Notes: generated from the letters alone by a model not told the origin. Shown: positions 29,002 through 37,103, counted from the first letter of the stretch. The stretch is DNA of 64,000 nucleotides from Candidatus Bathyarchaeota archaeon (GCA_963845275.1 CAWJRR010000002.1:268901-332900), one strand, 5' to 3'. Translations and numbers: made by a program.

Positions 29002-29294
29002 AACGGGTCAAAATAAGGCAATTAGCCTCTAATGGTAGTGAATTGAGGCGTTTACCCCCAGTCACCGCACCGTAAAGGGCATAGACGTATGGTGAGCTTG
29101 AAAAGCGTACTCACGAGACTAACCCCTATTGTGGCTAGCACTCGCCGGTAGGTCAACGTTGACACTGGCCTTATTGGAAACAGGGCTGATTGCATGACGT
29201 TTTAGGTCAATGCGCCAAGAATCAGGGCGTTTAAGGCCGAATATGCTCTTACTTGGGACGAGAGGTTGTGGACGTGCATAACGCTGCTGTGGTA

Positions 29295-29770
29295 CGCTAG
29301 GCTAGTTGGCCTCCTAGCGTGGTAGAGGCTGGGAGGAGGCCACTATACACTACAGAGGACAAGAGAGCACCTAGGTATGACACCTATCCTCTGCGTTACT
29401 TATGTACCTCCCACTCGGCGAAATGGCTTGGAGGCGTCTCCAGTCCCTACTTCCGAGTGGCCCCCGTCAGACCGTCATAGAGGAGGGGGCCAACTAGATG
29501 ATTCCAATACGTCCTATCAATGCTGTGAAGAGAGGGACCAACTGCAATTCATGTAACGGCCACACGAAGGTGGACCATTCACAGGGATTCATGGTAGGAC
29601 AACACAGCTTACGTTTAGTGGTCGGCGGCATACCCAGACAGAGGGCCGACCAACTAGCTCGATTTCATAATTCGCATACAAGGTATTTGATTTACTCGCA
29701 CCCAGCATTAAAGTCCGCTAAATCCACCTCTCCCACTTCTGCGGAGTTGAGAGGTCGGCCAACGATGACT
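29295..29770. repeat. Noncoding, hairpin-rich region with an iterated GGCCAAC/GACCAAC motif (iteron-like)
   Basis: GGCCAACTAG occurs at 29488..29497 (+) and 29302..29311 (-). GACCAACTG is at 29536..29544, GACCAACTAG at 29648..29657 and GGCCAACGAT at 29757..29766, with another GGCCAACGAT at 35537..35546. Hairpins: CGCTAGG/CCTAGCG (29295..29319) and TGGCCCCC/GGGGGCCA (29458..29493). Confidence 0.55.
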
Positions 29771-29837
29771 GAGCGTTCATTGCAATAGAATAGAAAAAAG
29801 GAGGGAGATTGGGAGTTGATGCCGTGTTTCGCTGATT

Positions 29838-30167
29838 TTACTTATTGCAAAAGTCGCCTTGGAAGTCAGAGACCTCGAAACTGTGCGGCGTAATGCCATC
29901 GCCACAGCCGCAAGCTGCGTCAGTACCTATCTTGCCTGAAAAACAGCCGTGGTGTGGTGGGTCGTGGCTTCCGCCATTTCCTCCGTCATGCACAAAGGGG
30001 CAGTTATTCGCAGTATAGTTCGGGTTGCTTGGTGACATTTGAGCGCAAGTGTTCGTGTTCCCGCCCGTACTTTGCGTAGGCTGCACTATGGGATTAGCGT
30101 AAGCGATACCGACAAGCGTTGAGGTTGCCAACATCAATCCCAAGAGGATTGAGAGAAGTGCTTTCAC
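29838..30167 (-). CDS. Small secreted Cys/Gly/His-rich protein (cassette 1)
   Basis: GTG start with GGAG 7 nt upstream. The leader MKALLSILLGLMLATSTLVGIAYANPIVQPTQS is paralogous to that of 30400..30624. The mature part has 7 Cys and a PPHHG motif. Confidence 0.65.
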   Translation of the reverse strand: MKALLSILLGLMLATSTLVGIAYANPIVQPTQSTGGNTNTCAQMSPSNPNYTANNCPFVHDGGNGGSHDPPHHGCFSGKIGTDAACGCGDGITPHSFEVSDFQGDFCNK

Positions 30168-30195
30168 CGAATATCTCCGCCGCCGAGTAATACAT

Positions 30196-30212
30196 ACGAC
30201 ATATATTTAGTT
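30196..30212 (-). promoter_or_regulatory. TATA-like promoter element of cassette 1 (minus-strand CTAAATATATG)
   Basis: It lies ~35 nt upstream of the GTG at 30167. The whole upstream block (TAAATATATGTCGTATGTATTACTC...GGAG) is conserved upstream of cassette 2. Confidence 0.4.
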
Positions 30213-30399
30213 TTCACCCACCATAATTCATTGTGAGTCGTCGAAAACACATATGCGTACTACCGCTATCGAGAGGCCCAGATTCTGAGATTCTAGCCTC
30301 TAATTGCGTCCTCGTTGGAGTCCACTTGTATTTTACTCACGAGTAGAACGAAGAGGAAGGGGGGTTGATGTCGTCTATTGTCAACTTTGATAGGCTTGC

Positions 30400-30624
30400 T
30401 CAGTCGTGGTGAGGGCCGTTTCTTGGAGGTTCACCAGGGCCACATGCGGTATAATAGTACGGCGGATAATAGTACGGCGGATATGGCGGATAAGGCGGAC
30501 AATAGTAGGGCGGATATGGCAGAGATTGCGCAGGTTGCATTGTGGGAGTAGCGTAAGCGATACCAACTAGCGTTGAGGTTACAAAAATCAATCCCAGTAG
30601 GATTGAGAAAAGTGCTGTCTTCAC
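30400..30624 (-). CDS. Small secreted Pro/Tyr-rich peptide (cassette 2)
   Basis: The homologous GTG start at 30624 gives (M)KTALFSILLGLIFVTSTLVGIAYATPTMQPAQS. The core is LPYPPYYCPPYPPYPPYYYPPYYYTACGPGEPPRNGPHHD. The track ORF extends to 30660. Confidence 0.6.
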   Translation of the reverse strand: MKTALFSILLGLIFVTSTLVGIAYATPTMQPAQSLPYPPYYCPPYPPYPPYYYPPYYYTACGPGEPPRNGPHHD

Positions 30625-30653
30625 TAAATATGCCTCCTCCATGACTAGTACAT

Positions 30654-30670
30654 ACGGCATATATTAGGCA
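30654..30670 (-). promoter_or_regulatory. TATA-like promoter element of cassette 2 (minus-strand CCTAATATATG)
   Basis: Same spacing (~35 nt) to the GTG at 30624 as in cassette 1. CTAATATATGCCGTATGTACTAGTC aligns with the cassette-1 upstream block. Confidence 0.4.
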
Positions 30671-30910
30671 TGTCGCATGTTACATCAATGTCACACGCAT
30701 GATACATATCTATACCTACAGGCGTGAATAGGTTCTGCCAATCATCCAGTCAACCCTACTTTCTCTTTCTGAAAAGTCTGACCCGTCCCTATTGCGGAGC
30801 AAAGGTTAGCGCTGAGAAATCAACCTCGTACTCGGAGAGTCGCATTCCCAAAAGAGGAACCTCACGTTTCTAATCGATTTGCTTGACCATTTCGTGTTGC
30901 CGTTACGTGA

Positions 30911-31099
30911 TTGTCGACTGCCGAGCTTTTGCATTCCATGAACTGTCCAAAATGTCATGAACCACAGCTTTCACTCCTAGGCCGTAGCTTACGATTCATG
31001 AATGAAGGAACGGAAGTGGTCTTGGATTACCTATGTCCAAGATGCCAGACACGCTGGCAACGCTGGGGAGAAACTGGACTCAAGATTGAAGAAGTCTAG
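30911..31099 (+). CDS. Small zinc-ribbon protein
   Basis: Two CxxC pairs: CPKCHEPQ ... CPRCQTRW. 62 aa. An alternative ATG start lies at 30938. Confidence 0.5.
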   Translation: MSTAELLHSMNCPKCHEPQLSLLGRSLRFMNEGTEVVLDYLCPRCQTRWQRWGETGLKIEEV

Positions 31100-31194
31100 C
31101 CACTTTCTTTCTTGAAAACATCTCCGCTAATCGTCTTGGCCCGAAGCGTAGCGCAGGGTCATAAAACTAGAACATAATCAGAACGTTACAACAA

Positions 31195-31404
31195 TCAATT
31201 CAATGATTGCCATGAGTCCAATTTAGATTGTCCAGTAGAACCCTTTCCTTTGCGCAAACTCAATAGTACTATTACGGAAACAGCGATGACGGTAACGAGG
31301 GCTATAGCCACTTCATGATATGTGCTACCCGTGGAGATGGGAGCTATTTGCTGAGTTATGTAGCCTGTCTGCGTTAAGGAAGATGTCGTCGTATAGGTGG
31401 GCAT
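31195..31404 (-). CDS. Small single-pass membrane protein (hypothetical)
   Basis: Central TM VAIALVTVIAVSVIVLLSL followed by a basic stretch RKGKG. Confidence 0.4.
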   Translation of the reverse strand: MPTYTTTSSLTQTGYITQQIAPISTGSTYHEVAIALVTVIAVSVIVLLSLRKGKGSTGQSKLDSWQSLN

Positions 31405-31479
31405 GGATTGTTCGTATTCTCTTGGGCGCTTCAGTTATCGTTGACATGTAGGGAACAGAGCAGCCTGAAGTGAGATAGT

Positions 31480-32199
31480 TTGAAAGAGCCTCCGCCAGCT
31501 TGTAGGACGTGCGGTCGACCCATGCAATTACTAGACGAGGGGGACCAGAAGTGGTACTGCTACAGGGACGATGAGATATTCTATTCTAGGGAGGCCAAGT
31601 GGGGAACGCCATTAGGGGAAGCTGAAGCTCCCGACTCTTGGACTTGTCTATGCGGACGCAAGAGGAGCGCCAGTTATTCCTTTGCAAAGCGTATTGAATG
31701 CATAGACTGCGAAGAACCGCATTACATCGGAGTACGAATCGACTCTACAGTTGTGCAGGAAGTCAAGAGGCGATTTCGAGCCAATATGAGAGGCGCTTAC
31801 GGCTACCCAGATAAAAAAATCGATAAGATTATTGCATCAGCTGAGGCTGCGTCAAGTCCGACGAGGGTAGTCGCATATCTTGAAAAAACGGACGCTGCTA
31901 TCTTTGCCTCCAAGGCGCCTGGATGGTTTGGGATTGGACTAGGGTCATTCGCTGCGATGGCATTGAATGCCATAGAGGTAGCCCGACTTAAGCCTCCAGT
32001 TCCCCTCTTTGGCACACTTACCCAAGAACTAGAGCACCTGACGTCGAAGCGTTTGGGAGAAACGACTGCAAGACTAGGTACAGGAGTAATAGTACAGGAG
32101 GTTGAACCAAAAGCTTCTACGAAGTTCTGCCGTGAATGTGGAGAGAGAATTCCAAGAGATAGTGTCTTCTGCGAAGAGTGTGGGGCCAAAATAGCCTAA
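31480..32199 (+). CDS. Double zinc-ribbon protein, paralog A (N-terminal CxxC...YCY module plus C-terminal zinc ribbon)
   Basis: N-terminus is ACRTCGRPMQLLDEGDQKWYCYRDDEIFYSREAKW and C-terminus is KFCRECGERIPRDSVFCEECGAKIA. Both ends are paralogous to 33110..33691. Confidence 0.65.
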   Translation: MKEPPPACRTCGRPMQLLDEGDQKWYCYRDDEIFYSREAKWGTPLGEAEAPDSWTCLCGRKRSASYSFAKRIECIDCEEPHYIGVRIDSTVVQEVKRRFRANMRGAYGYPDKKIDKIIASAEAASSPTRVVAYLEKTDAAIFASKAPGWFGIGLGSFAAMALNAIEVARLKPPVPLFGTLTQELEHLTSKRLGETTARLGTGVIVQEVEPKASTKFCRECGERIPRDSVFCEECGAKIA

Positions 32200-32375
32200 C
32201 TGGACGGAGTCCAATACACAATATCAAAAATGCTAAACCGTTCTTGATTAGACAAAACCGAGGACTTTGCTAGCTTTCTGAGTGTCGTAGTGCGTTGTAA
32301 TATAATTTGTATATTGACAAGTGTTAAACAGAGCTCCTACAAAGCTCAAGGCATGTAATGCCTTCGTGATTTGAA

Positions 32376-32648
32376 TTGACCCAACGGTCGAAGGTCCAAT
32401 ATCGGACGCTCCATCGAACGGCAGTTATTTCTGGGCTGCTTTTCGTTCTCATATTATTCGGTATGGGCATTATCTCAGGTGCTATCCAAGGGTCCACTAC
32501 ACTGCTTCTGCCATATGACCAAATTGATGCGTACAATGCTCTTGCTCAAAAAACTGACCAGCTGTTAGCACCTTACGAAAGTCTGAAGAACACCGTAGTT
32601 ATACTAGATATTGCGGCACTCGCAGTAGTAATTGCCTCAGACTCTTAA
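32376..32648 (+). CDS. Small membrane protein (hypothetical); possibly the N-terminal part of 32632..33123
   Basis: Two hydrophobic segments. It overlaps the next ORF by 17 nt in a different frame. TTG start. Confidence 0.35.
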   Translation: MTQRSKVQYRTLHRTAVISGLLFVLILFGMGIISGAIQGSTTLLLPYDQIDAYNALAQKTDQLLAPYESLKNTVVILDIAALAVVIASDS

Positions 32649-33123
32649 TTCTTATGCGAAACGAACTTTCCACAAAGTGACAGTATTTGTGGCACCGTTT
32701 GTTGTGACAGCCGACATACTCTCTGAAGGTTGGTACCGTTCCCTTACCCAACAGGCTTTGACTCAGCTTTCGTCAGTGATGGATACAGGCACATTGAATA
32801 CAGCATTACAAGTTCAGCAGAAGTTCAATGCAGCTTATGGATTCTGGGGTTCTCCTGAATACGACACATTAGGAGTTATTTTGTCATGGATTGGAGTGGG
32901 ATTTCTAATTGCTGCAGTTCTTACGATGAAGATTGTAACCGTGAGCGAAACCACGGTAAAGCAAGAAGACGCCATTCCAATTATCGGTCCTGTGAAGATT
33001 ACGAACGACCAAGCTCCAGTCGCCCCACCCTTGAAATATTGTCGTTATTGTGGAGCCAAGATACCTAGACAGAGTAAGTTTTGTGAGGAATGCGGAGCCA
33101 CTCTAAGCCTTGAAACTAAGTGA
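32632..33123 (+). CDS. Membrane protein with a C-terminal zinc ribbon, paralog C
   Basis: TM segment LGVILSWIGVGFLIAAVLTM. The C-terminus KYCRYCGAKIPRQSKFCEECGATL matches the ribbons of 31480 and 33110. Confidence 0.6.
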   Translation: MPQTLNSYAKRTFHKVTVFVAPFVVTADILSEGWYRSLTQQALTQLSSVMDTGTLNTALQVQQKFNAAYGFWGSPEYDTLGVILSWIGVGFLIAAVLTMKIVTVSETTVKQEDAIPIIGPVKITNDQAPVAPPLKYCRYCGAKIPRQSKFCEECGATLSLETK

Positions 33124-33691
33124 TGTGAAACGGAAACCAGTCTGCAAGTTATGCGGCAAACAAATGACGCTGCTGGACGAAGAGAGAGGGTACTGCTACA
33201 AGGATGACCTAATTTATTACGTGAAGGAACTCCGATGGAGTGACGATGGTCCTGCTACCTCTGCTACCAAAACTGAAGCAGGTCCTCCAGCCCCACCTGT
33301 CGGAACAATCGACGTATGGGTTCCTATCGTATTGCTGCTGGCGATGTTGCTGCTTTCATACCGGATTCCTTTTGCGGGAGTCGGTCTATTCATTGTAGCG
33401 ACACTGTACGTTCATTACAGCTCCAAGAAATTCAAGATTGGCGGTGGCCGTGCGTTCGTCACGCTTCTTTTTGCCATAGTAGGCTTGCCACTCTTTGCCT
33501 ACGACCTGCATAAGCTCAAGCAGCATCAGAGGTCGCCCGTTTCACAACCACTCGCTAGTGCGGGACCCATGCCTACGGTCGCAAAACCAGCACAGGTCAC
33601 GGTTCCTGAAGCAAAGTTCTGCCGAGAATGCGGTGCTAAAATACCAAGAGACAGCATGTTCTGCGAGGAATGCGGAACCAAACTAAGCTAA
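33110..33691 (+). CDS. Double zinc-ribbon membrane protein, paralog B
   Basis: N-terminus VCKLCGKQMTLLDEERGYCYKDDLIYYVKELRW, three TM segments, and C-terminus KFCRECGAKIPRDSMFCEECGTKLS. Confidence 0.65.
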   Translation: MKLSDVKRKPVCKLCGKQMTLLDEERGYCYKDDLIYYVKELRWSDDGPATSATKTEAGPPAPPVGTIDVWVPIVLLLAMLLLSYRIPFAGVGLFIVATLYVHYSSKKFKIGGGRAFVTLLFAIVGLPLFAYDLHKLKQHQRSPVSQPLASAGPMPTVAKPAQVTVPEAKFCRECGAKIPRDSMFCEECGTKLS

Positions 33692-34784
33692 TTGGGGCGA
33701 CGTGAGTTCATGCGGCTCTTGAGGTCGGCTTGTTACGTTGTTCTTCTCACTCTTCTTGCTATTTCAGTGACCGAGAACGTTCGAGCACAGTCCGCATCGA
33801 CATCAATCTCGAACCTAAATGCTCCTTCACGTGCCCTGTTGGGTAGAGAGATTCCCGTCACACTGACCGTCACTTACTCTGAAGGGTCCAATAGATATTT
33901 TTTTGACATAGCCATTATTGACAGGGAGACAAACGACTATGCTCAGGGCACTGCGCACGCTTCACCTACAGACTGCGTATCCACGGCAGGAGTCGATTTG
34001 AGCAGCTTTAATCCTGCACTTTGCCCTTTTCCCTCATCGTTTCAAGCTTCAGGCTCAGTAGATGTAACCTTCAACCTGAAATTCCAGACTGTGAAAACTT
34101 ACCATCTTGCGGCAACGGCAGCCTATTTTGACTCCAGCGGCAAGCTTGTACAATCATCACGGACTTACCAACTCTTTTCAATCGATGTTACCGATAAAGT
34201 GAATCTGCAAGTTCTCGTGCCAAATGCAGTATCCATAATGGTTAATGGAGTTCCCCAAGGTCTTGGCCCCGTTTCCATCGATGTTGATCCAGGAACGTAC
34301 ACAATCGTAACTCCACAAACGGTTGATGTCAAAACAGGTGAACGACTAAGATTCGAGCACTGGTCAGACGGTTCTACTAGTACAAGTAAAATCGTAAATC
34401 TACAAGACGACACATCCTACTCAGTGGCATATGTAACGCAGTACAAGCTAACTTTGCTTAGCTCGCAAGGTAACTCTACTGGGCGCTTGGTATGATGAGG
34501 GTACTACGGCAGTGTTCAGCGTTCCCCCAGGTGTTCCAATGACCGGAATCCTCGGAATCCTTGGAGGCAAGTATGATTTCCAAGGATGGTATGAGAACAT
34601 GACGCTCGTATCTTCTTCAAATAACAGTTCACTCAAAATGAACGACCGGCATTCGCTGACTGCTAGTTGGACGCCGAACTACATTGTTCCAATAATCATT
34701 CTTGGCGTAGTGGTTATTGCCGTAGTTGGCCTAACTTTCTATTCACGTAGACGGAAAGGGCAGACCGGTACCAAACAGCCCTGA
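33692..34784 (+). pseudogene. Secreted, C-terminally membrane-anchored repeat protein, interrupted by a 1-nt frame break (33692..34495 plus 34512..34784)
   Basis: Signal peptide MRLLRSACYVVLLTLLAISVTENVRA. Frame 2 ends ...SSQGNSTGRLV-stop, while frame 0 continues GAWYDEGTTAVFSVPPG...GWYENMT... to a TM anchor (IIILGVVVIAVVGLTFY-RRRK). The break is at or next to the GGG run 34481..34483. Confidence 0.6.
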
Positions 34785-34805
34785 CGATGCAAGGTAGAAA
34801 TCAGT

Positions 34806-35027
34806 TTGGCTCAAGGTAGTAATCTCGTCGAGTTCCTTCAGGAGCTTTTGCCGCCAATAGTTGGGTCTTTCTTTGGCTTCTTGGTCGAGAATCGAATAGA
34901 AAAACGAAGACGTGAGAGATTGAGGGCAGAGTATACTAGAGGACTGAAATCGGAAATCACACAATGCATCGGCCTCCTCAAGAATCGTCTATTCCAACTT
35001 TTGCCAGATGACCTCTGGAAGATTTAG
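34806..35027 (+). CDS. Hypothetical protein (73 aa)
   Basis: An N-terminal hydrophobic segment followed by a charged helix. No family recognised. Confidence 0.35.
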   Translation: MAQGSNLVEFLQELLPPIVGSFFGFLVENRIEKRRRERLRAEYTRGLKSEITQCIGLLKNRLFQLLPDDLWKI

Positions 35028-35041
35028 TAGGTTCTGGAGAC

Positions 35042-35293
35042 TTGTCCATATTTCCCTTTGTTGAGAGGGAGGACCTGCGTCAAGCATACTTCGCAATCAG
35101 CAAATGCAATTATGAGTTTACCAGAGCTAGGGACCTCGGAGAGAAATTCCGTGCAGAAGCGGACACTGAGCGAAAGAAAATGCAAATCCAATCGGCGTGG
35201 GAAGCAACAACAGAAAATGCAAATCAGATGACAGACAGCACACTTTCGTTCTTGGAGGAACTTGCTAGTCGCCCTTGGTGGAGAGAGGGTTGA
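35042..35293 (+). CDS. Hypothetical helical protein (83 aa)
   Basis: Charged, helix-like composition. No family recognised. Confidence 0.35.
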   Translation: MSIFPFVEREDLRQAYFAISKCNYEFTRARDLGEKFRAEADTERKKMQIQSAWEATTENANQMTDSTLSFLEELASRPWWREG

Positions 35294-35708
35294 TTAATTC
35301 GACCTTGTCCAACAAGTGTGGTATCAATCCTAATTCATCTTGAATGAACGTCGGCTCGTTCGACTACTATGCCTTGTATGAGGGTTAGTGGGAGTCTGTA
35401 GTTGCAGACATTAAGAGAGGCGTGTAGGGTTTATGCTATCTCATATTCTGATTCTTTTTTTGTTTGGATTTCTGTCTAGTTGGGGGTGTTGTTGCTGTTG
35501 TTGCCGTTGTGGCCTCATAGCTGGGTGAAATGTGGAGGCCAACGATTGTGAATTGCGTGTATAGGGTTGTTGTGTGTATATCGGGGTTGTAGGGTAGGGA
35601 TTCTCCCGTCTATTTTCTATTGGCCGCATCTGCCGAGAGAGCCACAATGGATGGTTGCTCCGGTTGTGGTGGGGTGGATGTTGACGTCCACGTTGGGAGT
35701 GACGTCCA

Positions 35709-36008
35709 ATGATGTCAGCCCAGCAAATCATACACCTGGACAATCAGCCAGTGGCCCAGCCAACAACACAGCCGATAGCTGGGCGAAGTAGAATACTAGA
35801 AGTGGTACCACCCAGAAGACAACACGGATTAAACAAAACCTTCCGCCATATTGGCAAAAGCAAACTCTGGGTTATCACAGCCGCAAGAGAATCACCATGC
35901 TCCGTGTGCGAGTCTGGAATCAAACAAGGTCAAACAATCACATTGTACACGCTAGGTTGGGGTCACGTATCCCACCTACCCCAAAACGCTGAGCCGAAAC
36001 TCACATAG
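35709..36008 (+). CDS. Hypothetical protein (99 aa) at the right end of the element
   Basis: The ATG is immediately preceded by two TGACGTCCA direct repeats (35682..35690 and 35700..35708). It contains CSVCESG. The overlapping minus ORF 35441..35743 is Q-rich and low-complexity. Confidence 0.3.
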   Translation: MMSAQQIIHLDNQPVAQPTTQPIAGRSRILEVVPPRRQHGLNKTFRHIGKSKLWVITAARESPCSVCESGIKQGQTITLYTLGWGHVSHLPQNAEPKLT

Positions 36009-36056
36009 GCTTGCGTAGCCTCTTAGGCATACATCTCAGCGTGAATCAAGAGAGGG

Positions 36057-37103
36057 TTGTGTAAAGTGGTAAACAGGCAAAGAGTGGCCCTTTACTTACA
36101 GGATAAGCATCAGGTTCGCGAAGAGCTGGAGTTTGTTCAATACGCTGAAAAGAAAGGGTTTGAGGCAATCTGGCACGCTGAATCACGATTGGCTAGAGAT
36201 GCTATCACACCCCTCGCCGCAATGGCCGTGGTCACTGAAAGGATCAAACTAGGAACTGGAGTTATCAACAACTGGACGAGAAATGTTGGACTCTGCGCTG
36301 CTACCTTTCTTACATTAGATGAACTCTCCGGCGGCCGGACTCTACTTGGCGTGGGAGCGTGGTGGGATCCACTTGCATGGAAGGTTGGAATTGAGCGAAA
36401 GAAACCGATCAAAGCCATGCGCGAGTATTGCACTGTCCTTCAGCGTCTCTTCAGGATGGAGAACGTAACTTTCGATGGTGAGTTCGTAAAAGTGCATGAC
36501 ATTCGACTCGATGTCGTGTATGGTGATCCAAATTCTCCACGGAAGATTCCAATTTACATTGGTGCGACTGGATGGGATATGATCGAGCTTACCGGCGAGA
36601 TCGCAGACGGGCTGCTACTGAACTACCTCGTATCGCCAGAATATAACAAGACAGCTCTAGATCACCTTAAAGACGGAGCTAAGAAAAGAAATCGCAATTG
36701 GGAAAAGATAGACCGTCCACAACTCATCGTGTGTTCGCTCGACGAAGATGCTGACAGGGCGTTAGACGACGCACGGCCGCTAGTGGCGCAATATCTTGGT
36801 CAGCAACCTCACATCGCGAAAGCTAGCGGAGTTAAAGAGAATCTGATTGAAGAGGTTAAGTTGGCGCTTGGCGGTTGGCCGGCGAAGCCGGGTGGGTTAG
36901 AGAAGGCCCAACTGCTCATAGATGACAAGTTAGTTAGACTCATAACTGCTAGTGGCACGGCGGATGATTGTCTGAAGAAAGTTGAGGAGTACGAGAATAC
37001 TGGATGCACGTGTCCTATTCTATATCCACTTGGAGACGATGTCCGTGCGATGATTGATGCATTTCAAGTTGAACCTACACGCCCCGGTCCATTGGTTGCT
37101 TAA
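36057..37103 (+). CDS. LLM-class (luciferase-like) flavin/F420-dependent oxidoreductase, with its 5' end replaced by element-derived sequence
   Basis: [40 protein letters not shown] is the typical LLM N-terminal beta1-alpha1 pattern. The only alternative starts available now are TTG 36057, GTG 36066 and GTG 36084. Confidence 0.8.
   Translation: MCKVVNRQRVALYLQDKHQVREELEFVQYAEKKGFEAIWHAESRLARDAITPLAAMAVVTERIKLGTGVINNWTRNVGLCAATFLTLDELSGGRTLLGVGAWWDPLAWKVGIERKKPIKAMREYCTVLQRLFRMENVTFDGEFVKVHDIRLDVVYGDPNSPRKIPIYIGATGWDMIELTGEIADGLLLNYLVSPEYNKTALDHLKDGAKKRNRNWEKIDRPQLIVCSLDEDADRALDDARPLVAQYLGQQPHIAKASGVKENLIEEVKLALGGWPAKPGGLEKAQLLIDDKLVRLITASGTADDCLKKVEEYENTGCTCPILYPLGDDVRAMIDAFQVEPTRPGPLVA
36084..36108 (+). 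repeat. attR: right copy of the 25-bp perfect direct repeat GTGGCCCTTTACTTACAGGATAAGC
   Basis: Exact match to 27935..27959. It lies inside codons 10-18 of ORF 36057..37103. Confidence 0.9.

Larger units (their letters stand above)
27935..36108. mobile_element. Integrated element (~8.1 kb) with a tyrosine-recombinase-like integrase, bounded by 25-bp direct repeats
   Basis: The direct repeats are at 27935..27959 and 36084..36108, and the integrase gene abuts attL. The cargo is small secreted, membrane and zinc-ribbon proteins with no housekeeping function. The host gene is split at its 5' end. Confidence 0.8.

Noticed and set aside
29498-29788. 96-aa ORF inside the element's noncoding region
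   Set aside because: The repeated GGCCAAC/GACCAAC motif falls in different codon phases within it. The composition is Arg/Gly/His-rich and it has no start context. It is more likely noncoding.
29022-30303. 11-bp repeat TAGCCTCTAAT (near 29022 and 30293)
   Set aside because: A single short exact match within several kb is plausibly chance. The two copies share no flanking similarity.
35441-35743. 100-aa minus-strand Q/P/R-rich ORF (…RPQRQQQQQHPQL…)
   Set aside because: This is low-complexity translation of a strongly strand-skewed G/T-rich tract. It has no leader or recognisable domain. It is kept only as an unresolved alternative in the finding for 35294..36056.
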